Assembly: GCA_964016885.1 (NCBI GenBank)
Contig: OZ024744.1
Coordinates: 38,502,001-38,566,000, forward strand
Direction: 5' to 3'
DNA length: 64,000 bases
Source: Eledone cirrhosa
Taxonomy: Eukaryota
Shown here: positions 50,219-64,000 of the stretch, in pieces
Numbering within the stretch: the stretch's first letter is position 1
Layout of the letters: each line of letters begins with the position of its first letter
Program-made: the position numbers and the translations under genes
The notes under the pieces: model-generated
The model's database searches: none
What the model was told of the DNA's origin: nothing
What the model saw: only the letters and a program-made list of their open reading frames with translations

Positions 50219-51460
50219 TATTCAGGCAGTTTGTTTCCGCGGATAGAAATGTTTTGCTGTCTCCTATTATATTAATTTATTCTTTCGTAGGGCTGCTCCT
50301 GCATGTGTAAGTTAAGGAGGTGTTTTATATTGACCCATGTTCATTGATATTATTATGTTATTTTCTTGTATTTTCTGTATTGTTTCTGTTAAGTCCTTCT
50401 CAATGTTAATGATGGTAGACCTGTTGTGTTATGTTTTCCTTTGTTTACATTTAGGTGTGGGGTGAGGTCTATATTGTTATTGTGGCTGTCTATGTGGTTG
50501 AATATTTCAACATTACTTTGGACATTATTGTTTTATCTTTATTTGTTTTTAATTGATTGTATTGTTTTCTTTGGGGTGAGTTCTCTGCTATATTCACTTT
50601 TTTAAGATCTCGTTTATTATATGTTTGGTGGTCACTATTTTGTGTTGCTTTCTTTTGTGAATCCATATGTGTTTTAATGTAATGGTCTCTGATATAATGC
50701 TTTCATTAGATTGTGCTAGGTTGTTTTTATGTGTACTCAGTTTTTCTTTATTTTCGGTGTGTATTATGTCGATGAGTTGGTTGCTCTATTTCAGTATTTT
50801 GCATCTTGTTATTGTTGATTATAATTCTCCGTTTATTCGCATCAATGACTCGCACATATTTTAGTGGTCATTGGTGCAGCATTCTCTTTTAATTTTGATT
50901 TAATTTGTAAGAAAAAGGATTTTCTGTTTGGAGTTAATCCCACTTCGGATCCACAACATTTTATGCAATGCAATGCCGGACAAGTGCGGGGCATGTAGTA
51001 TACATTATAAATGAGCCTTAAGTTCAAAACGAACATTTTACATAAAGGCTAAAGAGAATATGATACTATAGTATAAAGTACATAGCTCGGGCCCTCGGAA
51101 AATGTGAGCCCTCTGAAAATGCTGGGGCTCTGAAATTGTGTTACGCTATTTTTGTTTCGTGATTGCTAGAAACTCACGCTAAATAAAAATTCTTAATACA
51201 TATTGTCCCAGACGATTGCGTTTCTTGTTGCTGTTTGATTTAGCAGTGAAAATGGCTGTAATGTTATTAAATAGTATAGGCTTCATCCTCCTCCTTCTCA
51301 TCATCATTACCCTCTTCATTCTCCTCCTCCTCCAACCCCTCCTCCCCCCTTCCTCCTCCTCCTCCAACCCCTCCTCCCCCCTTCCTCCTCCTCCTCCTCC
51401 TCCAACCCCTCCTCCTCCTCATCATCATCAACATCATTTTCATTACGTTTATTGACATCG

Positions 51461-51494
<34 letters not shown>

Positions 51495-51514
51495 ACAATA
51501 CGGTCTTTGGCGGA

Positions 51515-52950
51515 TCACGTCGGGCGCATGGTACTTGATCCCAAATACGCTGGACTAACGAACCGGTGAAGTTGCCTGGGCTCTGGTTCGGACCAGATCT
51601 CTGGGTGGGTATGAACTGGGACGTGGTAACGAGCTCGGTGGCCACTCTCTCCCAGAAATAGGCTGAAGGGAAGTAATCCCTGAAAGGTCGGGCGGAGACG
51701 GCGAACAAGTACATCGCGTCCATCATCTATTACCACTTGGTTATCGTGCCTGGCCCCTGTTTGTACCTCACCAAATTGGAATGGCCGCTCTTCAACGTCT
51801 TGTGGAAGGGATAGGTTCCATTGGTAAGGCGATCTCTCTGCAGTCATCACCCTCTATGCGGAGGGCTGGCCATGCTTTGGCAGATGATGTGCAAACATGC
51901 ACTGAGGCTACGGCATCTCTAGATATACAGTGAATAGGTGTGGTCGCCGTTTGCCAGCTAGGTCTATCCAAAGCTCGTCTCTTTGAATGCGCTGCATTTC
52001 TGGGTCAAGCGAAGACAAATACTGGGTGCCTAGCATATGGAATGTTGTCAGGCGCTCGCAGCCTTCTATCAGACGGGCAATGTGGTCAGTGGAAATTCCA
52101 CTCTAGAGTTTAATAGAGCACTAGTGGTGGGCAAATGTGACGACGTTAACGGAGAGGGTCTGGGCGTTGACGATATCGAACTGACCAGTCTGTTCCGTAG
52201 AACTTTCGAGCCGGGGACTTTGGAAAACTTCCAGAAATCCCTGGCCAGACACTGGTATCTGGGGTCACAGCGGACTCGAGACAAACTCTACAGGCACGGA
52301 ATTGCTATAAGGCGGACTTGTTCGAGGTGCGCGCACTCGTCCAGTATCTATTTATTACTGATATGTAATGTTTTGACGAACAGCTATTATCACGTGCAAG
52401 CTGGATCCGGCTATCGACCCAATCCAATGTGAAGAACGCTGCACCGCATACATTTGGCCGGGAAAGGCAGGCAGTTTTCCTCTGCCTAGTGGCTGTAGCG
52501 AAAGAGGTCGTGTGGTGGACGTGGCTGAAAGGGCTGAAGACAGACCCTTTTCTCTTCGACCAATCTCTTATTCAACTTTTTCAAGTCTCTCCTGGAAAGG
52601 AAGGTGCGGATGGAGAGGGGAGTACTGCCCCCAGTACATTTGTAAAAAATTGGTGTACGTAGCAAGGAGGACACAAATGAATCGGCCTATTCTGACCATG
52701 CGCCTGCAGATGGGATACTTTAGAAAGGAGAGAGGCACACCTATTTTGCTCTTAGAGACCAGGGTGATTTGTGTCGGTGGAGCTCCTAAGTCACCTCTGA
52801 GAGGTACGCCCCACTATAGGGGAATTTTTATTGTTATAATTGTAGTTTACTGTTGTTTGTTATATATATTTTTACACGGTTTTATGTAAACACCCTCTGT
52901 CCCTGTCTTTTGTTTTGCCATACATGTTTCGGAACTTGTGGTCAATAAAT
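51515..52950 (+). mobile_element. Tx1/L1-like LINE 3' portion, diverged
   Basis: Homologous to 3214-4700 (GPDL, RDKLYRHG, LVAVAKEVVWW); (ATT)n on both sides. Confidence 0.82.
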
Positions 52951-52969
52951 TATTATTATTATTATTATT

Positions 52970-53917
52970 ACAGTTGCATTTATCTTGCTTTATGTTCCTA
53001 CGAGTTATCACCAAGTCACAACCAGTAACCTCAAGATACAACAAGGTCCACCATGTTCAAGAAAGAACATACATACACCCACATGCATCTTTAGGTGTTT
53101 AGACTGTTGATGTACTTATATTGACAGAATCTTCCTTAGTATATGGGCAGTTCCCATTAGTACTATCTTTTGTATTTCCCCAATACGCGGGTTTCCTGGG
53201 ATTTGCGATAAGTAATCATTAGACCCTTAGGTATCATTCCTAGAGCGCCTACAACCACTGGTATTGTTTTAGTTCTCAATTTCCACATTTTTCCAATTTC
53301 TATCTCCAGGTCCTTATACTTGCTCAATTTTTCAAATTTTTTTATAGGTACATTCTTGTTTATTGGAACGGACATATCAATTAGCAGGCATGCCCTCTTT
53401 TTAAAGTCCTTCAGTATTATATCAGGTCTATTTGCATCTATATTCCGGTTTGTTTGGATGCTAAAGTTCCACAAGATTGAGATGTGATCTTTTTCAAGTA
53501 TGGGAGGTGGTTGATGCTCCACCAATTCTTTTGATGGGGCAGGTTAAAATGCTTAAACATTATCCAATGTATGTATTGTGCAGCTCTGTCATGCCTGCTT
53601 AGGTATTCGGTTGGAGCTATAGGACTGCACATTGAAATTATATGCTCAATGGTCTCTGGTTGTTTTTTACATAAACGGCATAATGGGTGGCATCAGTTTT
53701 TTATTATGTTGGCTTGGTAATTTTTTGTTGGCAGACACTCATCTTGTGCTGATATAATCAGTCCTTCAGTCTCCGATTTCAGTCCAGAGGATGCCAACCA
53801 CTGATGGGTTAAAGTTTTGTCAACATCAGGATTGTTAGCCTTTTCTGGGCATTTTCCATACAGAGGCTTTTCTTGCTATTTCTTAGCCAGTTTCTGTAAC
53901 AGTTCTTTCTTTGCAGT
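52970..53917 (-). mobile_element. Dong/R4-like D1 3' fragment
   Basis: RPDIILKDF, EKLSKYKDL; (ATT)n on both sides. Confidence 0.88.
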
Positions 53918-53951
53918 TATTATTATTAATTATTATTATTATTATTATTAT

Positions 53952-55140
53952 TCTTTGAGTCTCAGTCATTGATGTTAGTTAACTGGAAAGTTTGTTGAAA
54001 TGAATATCAAGCCACTACCTGCAGCCTCAGATATTCAGGACGTATCGGAGGGTTCTTGCTGTTCCCAGCAAGCATGCCAATTGAAGTGTTCCAAAAAGAG
54101 GGGCGGGGCCAATTTTCTTTAACCATCCCTGGAAACTCTTTGTGATAGTACCTAGTGCGCCTATGACAATCGGGACCACTTTGACTTCATGGCAGTTACA
54201 AATCCTTTTTACCTCCCACTTTAAGTCCTGGTATCGGTTAATTTTCTCCCTCTCTTTCTCTTGCACTCTCGTGTCGAATGGGCAGGCCACATCCACAATC
54301 AGGCACGATCTTTTTTCCTTGTCAAAAACCACCAGGTCAAGTCTATTGTGTTCCAGTTTCTTGTCCGTCTGTATCCTAAAATCCCACAGCACCTTCACCT
54401 GATCGTTTTCTATCACCGACTCTGGCTTATGCTCATACCACTTCTCAGAATGTGGTAAATTGTTTACTTTGCATAGTGCCAGTGGATCACCCTGCCCATC
54501 ATATCATGTCTCCAGCCTTTATAGTGAGTCAGGGCTAGGTGTTTACACTCGGATACAATGTGAGCCACAGTCTCCTCTCTCTCTCCACAGATCCTGCACA
54601 GTGGGCTAGCCTCCTCCTTGTAAATATGGTGTTTCAGCCACTTCGTTTTGAGGGCCTGCTCTTGCGCAGCCATTAGCATTCCTTCTGTAGCCTTTTTAAG
54701 GTCTCCTCTTTTCAACCAGTTCCATGTCTGTGGATCTCTGAATTCAGTTTTCTCAAAGAAGGTACTATGAAGGGATTTTTCATGAAGGTTGCTCTTTCGC
54801 CTTGTTATTTCCTCCTTGGACATCCCCTGGTCTATTGTCCTCTCCTTCAGTACAGTTCTGAGTATTGGCTCCCTACTATCAGTCACGTATTTGTGTAGGT
54901 TGTTTTTCTCCGTCTGAACACAGTCCTCTATCCTGATAAGACCTCTTCCACCTTCAGATCTCCTTAAGTAGCGTCTATCAATCTCACTCCTCTTGTGGAA
55001 CATGTTGTAGATAGTCAATAGCTTCCTAGTCTTCCTATCCATTTCTTTTTGTTCAGTAACATTCCATTTCAGAATTCCCGCACTGTATCTCATAATAGAC
55101 ACAGCTCGGGAATTTACTGCACTTATGGCATTCCTACTGT

Positions 55141-55143
<3 letters not shown>
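53952..55143 (-). mobile_element. Dong/R4-like D2 3' portion (thumb, CCHC, RLE)
   Basis: EGGRGL, CRICGEREETVAHIVSEC, DVACPFD; (ATT)n on both sides. Confidence 0.9.
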
Positions 55144-55176
<33 letters not shown>

Positions 55177-55177
<1 letters not shown>

Positions 55178-55590
55178 GGGCGGTGGATTGACAGTATCGG
55201 TAGAGGGTCGGACGCCATGCTTTCCAGCATAGTTACGTCCCTTTACGATCTGAGTTCAAATCCCGCCGAGGTTGACTTTGCCTTTCATCCTTACGGGGTC
55301 GATAAAATAAAGTACCAGTAATGCACTGGGTAATTGCTGGCCTTGTGCCTAACGTAGAAACAATTATTATTATTATTGGTTTTGCAGTATCGGTAGAGCG
55401 CCGGACACCAAGCTTTACAGCATAGAGTTACTTCCCTTTAAATACTGAGTTCAAATCCCGCCGAGGTTAACTTTGCTTTTCATCCTTGCAGGGTCGATAA
55501 AATAAAGTACCAGTCATGCATTGGAGTCGATTTAATCGACTTTCCGTTCCCTTAAAATTGCTGGCCTAGTGCCTAAATCAGAAACCCTTA
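55177..55590 (+). mobile_element. Two tandem SINE S1 copies
   Basis: 55177-55363 and 55378-55588, separated by ATT repeats. Confidence 0.88.
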
Positions 55591-56125
55591 TTATCATTAT
55601 TATTGTTGTCACAGATACTGACCCTTAAATTTGTTGAAAAATATACAACCATCACTGATAAACATGATAACAAGAGTAAACGATAGCTGCATAAATCTTC
55701 ACTAAGAATTAGTGGCTCTTACTATGATATATTTGACGTGAAATTTTAACACACTTCCTCCATAGATAACGAGAAAATGAAACAGTGCATTGTATCCTAT
55801 GACAATTTAAGGCAACTACAAGTGTCACAAGTTACCCTCAAACATTGATCGTTTGAAAGAAAAAATTTTAACTTTGCTGCTATATAGATAACCTTTAATG
55901 GCGTTGTAGTTCATTTATATATATGTAATAATACCATTGTAACTATGTCTAGCAAAATAAATTACATTAAGTCATGAAGTGAGTATTAAAAGCCGTATTT
56001 CATATGTTAAGTTAAAAAGGAAACCGTGTCGAGAAACTCTCATACGACGCAAGTAGTTGAGTTGTTCAGATAATCGCGTGTCAGACGAGAGAATGCGTTT
56101 GATTTACGCTCATATATCTCCCTCG

Positions 56126-56210
<85 letters not shown>

Positions 56211-56212
<2 letters not shown>

Positions 56213-56386
56213 CGGCTCCAGCCGTTTTGATAGCTAGATCCGAACAGTCATTATCTAGCTGTCGAAACGGCCGGAGCTCAGTCGTCGGGTTCCTGAGTTT
56301 TTTCCTATTACCCACTCTACTACCCTAAGAATCGAGTACTCTGGTGCAATATGGTCCACCTGCTTTCTTGCCACATTTTCTTTGTT
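56211..56386 (+). mobile_element. Family F fold-back mini-element
   Basis: TAGCTGTC-GAAA-CGGC..GTCG-TC-GGGTTCC plus the F tail; (TA)n flanks. Confidence 0.72.
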
Positions 56387-56636
56387 ATATATATATATAT
56401 AGTAATAATAATAAATTTGAAGACTAAAATCCAAAGAGGGCTCGATATATATATATCGACACTCGATCGACTTTCGTCAAATCGGACCGAGGAAACAATG
56501 TTTCCGTTGGTCTTTCCAATTGCTAATACTATCTATCGGTCGCAACTCCAGGTAGAAGGAGCAAAGTGAAATAAAGTGTCTTGCTCAAGGGCATAACGCA
56601 TCGCCTGGTCCGGGAATCGAACTCACAACCTCACAA

Positions 56637-57417
<781 letters not shown>

Positions 57418-58071
57418 TTTTTTTTTCTTACCTTGTTTGCCTTTCCCAGATATAATTATATTAAGCTTTGAATGAGTTGACCTAGTATCGGTTGGACAGC
57501 TTTGTATGTATATATACTTGTGTAAAGATATATATATTTAGATTCAAATTTGACTGATTCCGATTGCTTTTTCTAGTAACACGCAACCTGCCAATGTCCA
57601 CCTTACTACCCTGCTGTTGGTCACTTATCAAGTGATATGTCTTCCATTTGAAATGTTCACTGATGGCGAACAAGGAAGAAGTTTTCTGTCTTGAATGTTC
57701 TTTGTTGACTTAGAAAGTCACCTGATGATTTGAGGTTTCTCGCAATACTCCGAGTATTGTTATTTTCTCAAAGAAACTGCAGTACGGACATTAAAGTAAA
57801 GATTTTAAGAGTTGGACACTTGAATGATCCTGTTATTTTTCTCTAAAAACATTTTTTCCAATTCCACCCCGCTCGTTACGTCACGCTTTCTAATTTCTCA
57901 TTCTTTCTTCTGATGGAAGACTAGCGTCCGAAACGGTAAGACCCACCTTCCGCTATTTCAAGTGTTTACCTAATATATTCCATCCATATACTATACCGAT
58001 TGTGTTGTTATTTCTGCTTACCTTTTACATATATATATTCGGGAGAAATCATCAGGAAGACGACTGTCCAG

Positions 58072-58112
<41 letters not shown>

Positions 58113-58250
58113 GATAAATGTAATCTGAGTTTTTGAATATTAATAATAATATTCGATTCGTTTGCAATTATGCCAACAACCCACATTTTTAAAGCCATGT
58201 CAGTAGAATGAGCCCCTCATTCTTGCTCTTGTGTTAGCATGTAAACAGAT

Positions 58251-58294
58251 CTGCAGACACTAATGTTTCTGGGTATCACCCTTCATCAGTGCAG
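58251..58294 (-). ncRNA. Type I hammerhead ribozyme motif
   Basis: CTGCA-CTGATGA-A GGGT GAT ACCC A-GAAA-CA TTAG TG-TC/TGCAG; GUC cleavage triplet. Confidence 0.72.
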
Positions 58295-58574
58295 TTTACT
58301 GTTCACCTGCCAACTGTCAGAGCTAGTGAAAATATATGATATTTTCTAAAATATACAGTGACTGATCTACTTGATTTGCATATTAGCAGACAGGCTGATC
58401 AGTCAAATCTGCATATTAACAGATCCACTGATCAGCCAGATTTACATATCAGCAGACTGGTCAGTCAGTTTCCTGTACACGAGCGATGAATGGCCGGCTT
58501 TACCATATTCAAATAATAATAATAAAAATGTTCGCTCTACATGGCTGAATACAATTTTTTTCGAATATATATAC

Positions 58575-58618
<44 letters not shown>

Positions 58619-58679
58619 GTGAGGTTTTTTTACAAAATGAAAAATAACGCGATAACGCGAGTGAAAGTATAAGGAAAAA

Positions 58680-60224
58680 AGATGAAATCGAAAATGTAAC
58701 TGGAGTCTCTTTTTTTAAAATATATATTTATTTGGTTCCTTTACCGGTTTCGCAGTTCTTCTGCTTTTTAAAAGTAGAATTGAGATGGAGGGTTTGTGGT
58801 TTTTCTCACATCTGGTTGGTCTTTGAATGTTACTTCTTTTTTATATGGAACAAAGTGGCTCGAAATGCCAGGTTTTTAGAGAAGTGTTTTGGTTGGTTGG
58901 TTGATTGGTGAATAAGTATAATAAATTTTGCGCCAGTTCGCGTTAAAAGTTCTTATTATATTTGCTTTCAAACAAAGGGGAGGCTCAGGTTGTTTTTTCA
59001 TATATGAGTGAAGTTTGGTTGGTTGATGCAGTCACGTGAATAAGCACATCAGCTTTCGCACCAGTTAGTGTTTGAATTTCTTTTTCCTTAAAAAAAGTTG
59101 GCTCACCAAGGCTTTTTTTTTTTATAAATGTAATTTGATTGGTTATAAATGAAATTATGACTGTCACGTGAACAAGTACATTAAATTTCGCGCCCGTATT
59201 TTGGAATTTATTTTGTAGACTTTTAGGGAATTTTGTATCAAACAAAAGATAATGGTCAAGGAAAATGGGTGGGGAGAATTGTTCTGGTTCAGTGAATATG
59301 GCTGGTGCGCTAGGGTGTCAGAATTCAGACTTTCTGTCTTAACTATAATAAAGGTAAGATTTGCGGGATTGCGTCCAGATTATATTTGTTTACCCCGTTT
59401 GTAAAATAAGTTGGATTACTTTGAATAAATAATGAATTAATATTACATAATTTATGTGCTAAATTTCGTGGCTGTTGATTAAATATCTTTTATAGCTTAA
59501 TCTTTAAAATTCACTTCTTTAAAATTATCAAACGTCAACACTTCCGGTTAGCGGCCGTTATATTATAACACTTATAATCGCATATATTTCCGTCGCTAAT
59601 TTTCTCCCAATGCAGTTTATATATAATGTCGTCTTTTTTTTAATATATCATGGATTACTGATTACAGAAGACAGTGTAACATAGGCTTTGTTCAATTTCT
59701 GTGTATATTGTCAAGTACGATTTTATTTGATGTATCATATCTACATGCATATATATTTGTGTATAATATCAATATACACACTACACATGCTAGCAGGAAA
59801 CCACTTGTAGGGTGGTTTTTCTGCTAGTTGAAATAAAGGAAATAGAGATATGTATGTTTATTTGTGTGCTTGTGTGTGTGTGTGTGCGTGTATAGGAAGA
59901 TGATTCTATTAGTAGAAGTGGGGGAGGGAGTTGTGTGTGTATGGGTGTTATGTGTGTGTGTATGGGTGTTATGTGTGTGTGTATGTGTGTCGGAGTATGA
60001 TTAGCATGTTAAGTTGGAGAGAATATATATATTTTTTGTGCGTGTGTGTGTAGGAAAATGATTCCATCAGTAGAAATAGGTTAGGGAGGTATGTGTGTGT
60101 GGTGGTGTGGTTAGCATGTTTAGGTGTTAGAGTATTAAAGTATGTTAAGGTTTATTTAGTTCTGGTTATTATTTTCTAAAGTAGAAGGTGTTATGTATGC
60201 GCGCGTGTGTGTCTGTGTGTCTGT

Positions 60225-60311
<87 letters not shown>

Positions 60312-62147
60312 GGCCTGTTTGGATGGTTACCATGAAACGGTGTTGGCATAATGTATATTAAACTATATTTAATGCTGGTCTATATTTTTGAATAAACATA
60401 TTTTCCTTATTTATTCGTATTTGTTCTGTTGTATTGTCAGCGCAAAGATAAAATGGGAAGACTTGGAATTTGGTTGTCTCATTACTTGCGCATATGTCTA
60501 GATATGCACTTAGTGGTATCTGTCTCGTGGTTGGATCTCGTAATTGTTGCCGATGAACTATCATTCTGTTTCTGAGTGTGAGTTTAGTTTGTCCTATATA
60601 ATCTTCATTACATCCTTTACATTTAATAGCATAAAATAGATTTTTTGATGAGCAAATGAAGTGATTTTTTCCAGCAAAATTTTGTCCTGATTGAAATGTA
60701 TACGTGTTGCCTTTAATGAGGTGAGTGCAGGTTCCTCAGTTAGAGCTACCACATTTTTTGACAGTTGGTTGTGGGTTTGTGGTAGGTAATTTGGCATTGG
60801 TGAGTAATGTTTTCAGTGATTTCGGTTGTCTTTTGCTTTTGATTATTGTGTGTGTTTCAAGGTCTTTTTTCATTCTTGGGTCTTGTTTCAATAGTGGGAT
60901 GTTCTTGTGAATAGTGTTGTAAGCTTCCGCATTTCTTGGGTTGTGTGTTGAGATATATGATAGAATATAGGACGTACCTTGAATTTCTTTTTGTTTTCGT
61001 AATTCATCAATGCCTAATGCTTTAGCTCTTTCTATTCCATTATTTATTAGTAATTGTGGGTACTGTCTTTCGAGTAGAATTTCCTTTAATTCTTAAAGTC
61101 TTTTATTTCGCGTTTCATAATTGGAGACAATTGTGCAAATTCTTTTTGCTAGGTTAAAAGGAATGTTCGTCTTCGTGTGCTTTGGATGGTTGGGGGGTGA
61201 ATAGCAGGTATTGTTTGGAATTTGTTGGCTTATAGTGTATGTCAGTTTCAATATTTGTGTCTTTTTTTAAGATTAAGATGTCCAGAAATGGGAGTTGATC
61301 TTGGCTCTATTCCATTGTGAATTGGATGTGGTAATTGCTGCCGTTAATTAAATTGTTTAAATCATTTAGTTGGTTGAGTGTGTGGGACCAAAGAATGAGA
61401 CAATCATCCAAGTAGCGTTTCCAATTCTGTGATAAATATTTGTGGAAGTTCAATCTGTATTTTTATTTGGACTGTTCATATATCTGGACTACCAAGTATG
61501 CCATGACTAAGTTGGCATAAGTTGGAGCGGCTTTTGTACCTATTGTAGTCTCCGATACGTGCTTGTAGGTACTGCCGTCGAAATCAAAAAAGTTGTTCCG
61601 TAACATAAATTTTAATCCCTCGGTGATGAAGCTTTTTTCTGTTCTGTCAGGTATCTCATTGGGATATTTCTCTAGCCAGATTCCTATTGCTTCTAGTCCG
61701 TATTGGTGTGGGATCGTTGTGTAGAGATTCACTACATCGAAAGACACAATAATAGTGTCGTTGTTGACATGTTTGGGGAGGTGGTTTAAGAGGTCCAGAT
61801 CGTCTCTTACAAGGCTTGGTATGTGTTTGAGAATTGGTTTTAGTAGTATGTCTATAAAGTTGCTTAGTCTGTGTGTTTCTCATTGTGGGCCCGCTACAAT
61901 TGGTCTTAATTTAAAGTATGTGGGGTATTGTGTGTTCACGCAGGATGAGGTGGATTGTTTACAGACATCGTTAATTATTTTATACTTGTGGATCTTCGGA
62001 AGTCTGTAAAGGTTGCTGGTTTTGTATTCAAAATGTGTTAAATAATCGCGTTCCTTTTTAGTTAAGTCTTCCTGGTATCGACAAATGAATGTATTTAATC
62101 TGGTCGTCGTTTTTGATTGCTGGTACTTTTTTACTCTTTCATAGTAG
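58680..62147 (-). mobile_element. Penelope-like element (RT + GIY-YIG endonuclease, long 3' region), degenerate and 5'-truncated
   Basis: SFDVVNLYTTIP, GTKAAPTYANL, WKRYLDDC, LPFLD, IY.IKCKGC..DYIGQT..LRNR; ORF ends at 60358. Confidence 0.88.
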
Positions 62148-64000
62148 CGATAGGATTCTGGCTAGAGAAATATCCCAATAACCACATTCACAATGGAATA
62201 CAGCCAAGATCAACTCCCATTTCTGGACATCTTAATCTTAATAAAAGACACAAATATTGAAACTGACATACACTACAAACCAAGAGATTCCAAACATTAC
62301 CTGCTATTCACCTCCAACCATCCAAAGCACATGAAGACGAACATCCCTTTTAACCTAGCAAAAAGAATTTGCACAATTGTCCCCAATTATGAAACGCGAA
62401 ATAAAAGACTTTAAGAATTAAAGGAAATTCTACTCGAAAGACAGTACCCACCATTACTAATAAATAATGGAATAGAAAGGGCTAACGCAATAGGCATTGA
62501 TGAATTACGAAAACAGAAACAAATTCAAGGTACGTCCTATATTCTATCATATATCTCAACACACAACCCAAGAAATGCGGAAGCTTACAACACCATTCAC
62601 AAGAACATCCCACTATTGAAACAAGACCCAAGAATGAAAAAGGACCTTGAAACACACAAAATAATCAAAAGCAAAAGACAACCGAAATCACTGAAAACAT
62701 TACTCATCAATGCCAAATTACCTACCACAAACCCACAACAACTGTCAAAAAATGTGGTCGCTCTAACTGTGGAACCTGCACTCACCTCTTTGAAGGCAAC
62801 ACGTATACATTTCAATCAGGACACAATTTTGCTGTAAAAAAATCACTTCATTTGCTCATCAAAAAATCTACCATTAAATGTAAAGGATGCTATAAAGATT
62901 ATATAGGACAAACTAAACTCACACTCAGAAACAGAATGATAGTTCATCGACAACAATTACGAGATCCAACCACGAGACAGATACCACTAAGTGCATATCT
63001 AGACATATGCGCAAGTAATAAGACACCCAAATTCCAAGTTTTCCCATGTTATCTTTGTGCTGACAATACAACAGAATGAATACGAATAAATAAGGAAAAT
63101 ATGTTTATTCAAAAATATAGACCAGCATTAGATATAGTTTAATACACATTATGTTAACACCATAACATGCTAACCATCCAAACAGACACATACACACACA
63201 CACACATAACACCTTCTACTTTAGAAAATAAAATCTAGAACTAAACAACATACGTTAATACACCTTAACATACTAACCACACACCCACACACACATAACT
63301 CCCTCCCCCATTTCTACTAACCGAAGCATTTTCCGACACACACACACAAAAATATATATATATATTCTCTCCATCTTAACATACTAACCATACTCCCACA
63401 CACACATACACACACACACAAAACACCTATACACACACACACATAACTCCCGCCCCATTTCTACTAACGGAATCATTTTCCTACACACACGCACACACAA
63501 AATATATATATTCTTTCCATCTTAAAATAATAACCATACTCTCACACACACATACACACACACATAACACCCATACACACACAGCTCCCTCCCCCATTTC
63601 TACTAATAGAATCATCTACCTATACACACACTCACACACACACACACACAAGTACACAAATAAACATACATATCTCTAGTTTCTTTATTTCAATAGAAAG
63701 TCTGAATTCTGACACCCTAGCGCACCAGCCATATTCACTGAACCAGAACAATTCTCCCATCCCATTTTTCTTGACCATTTTCTTTTGTTTGACAGAAAAT
63801 TCTCTAAATGGCTAAAAATAAATTCCAAAATACGGGCGCGAAATTTAATGTACTTGTTCACGTGACAGTCATAATTTCATTTATAACCAATAAAATTACA
63901 TTTATTTTAAAAAAAGCCTTGGTGAGCCAACTTTTTTAAGGAAAAAGAAATTCAAACACTAACTGGTGCGAAAGCTGATGTGCTTATTCACGTGACTGCA
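62148..64000 (+). mobile_element. Inverted partial copy of the same Penelope-like element; runs off the window
   Basis: LPFLDILI, IPFNLAKRI, CKGCYKDYIGQT; reverse-complement homolog of ~59030-61330 lacking ~59337-59825. Confidence 0.88.

Noticed and set aside
50300-51040. Strand-biased region with Cys/His motifs, possibly an ancient LINE ORF1/APE
   Set aside because: Too degraded; no diagnostic motif readable
51285-51430. Poly-Pro/poly-Glu ORFs
   Set aside because: (CCT)n/(CAT)n simple repeats with no splice or domain context
46001-55590. Repeated ~180-bp units as a CRISPR array or tRNA genes
   Set aside because: Dispersed, both orientations, with TSDs and tails; no cloverleaf and no repeat-spacer periodicity. 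They are SINEs

Overview
Eukaryotic, AT-rich, microsatellite-dense DNA with no intact host gene that I can support. The SINE/LINE repertoire looks cephalopod (octopus-like), which is an inference. One 200-N gap lies at 27565-27764. The window is mostly retroelement debris. (1) Three stacks of non-LTR retrotransposons are nested in (AAT)n microsatellites: a Tx1/L1-like APE-RT family and its probable partner tRNA-SINE run sense on the ATT strand, while Dong/R4-like RT-RLE families run sense on the TAA strand. (2) CRE-, RTE- and CR1-like LINE remnants, mariner-type MITEs and a small Helitron are also present. (3) A Penelope-like element (RT + GIY-YIG) occurs as a large head-to-head inverted pair at the right end. 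The most interesting signal is non-coding: about 7 well-formed or near-canonical type I hammerhead ribozyme motifs plus degenerate ones, many in short 'fold-back hairpin + unique tail' mini-elements inserted in (TA)n. One recurrent family (at least 5 clear copies) keeps only the GAAA/stem III/GUC half of a hammerhead and folds back at the ribozyme's own stems. All folds were read by eye and none were computed.
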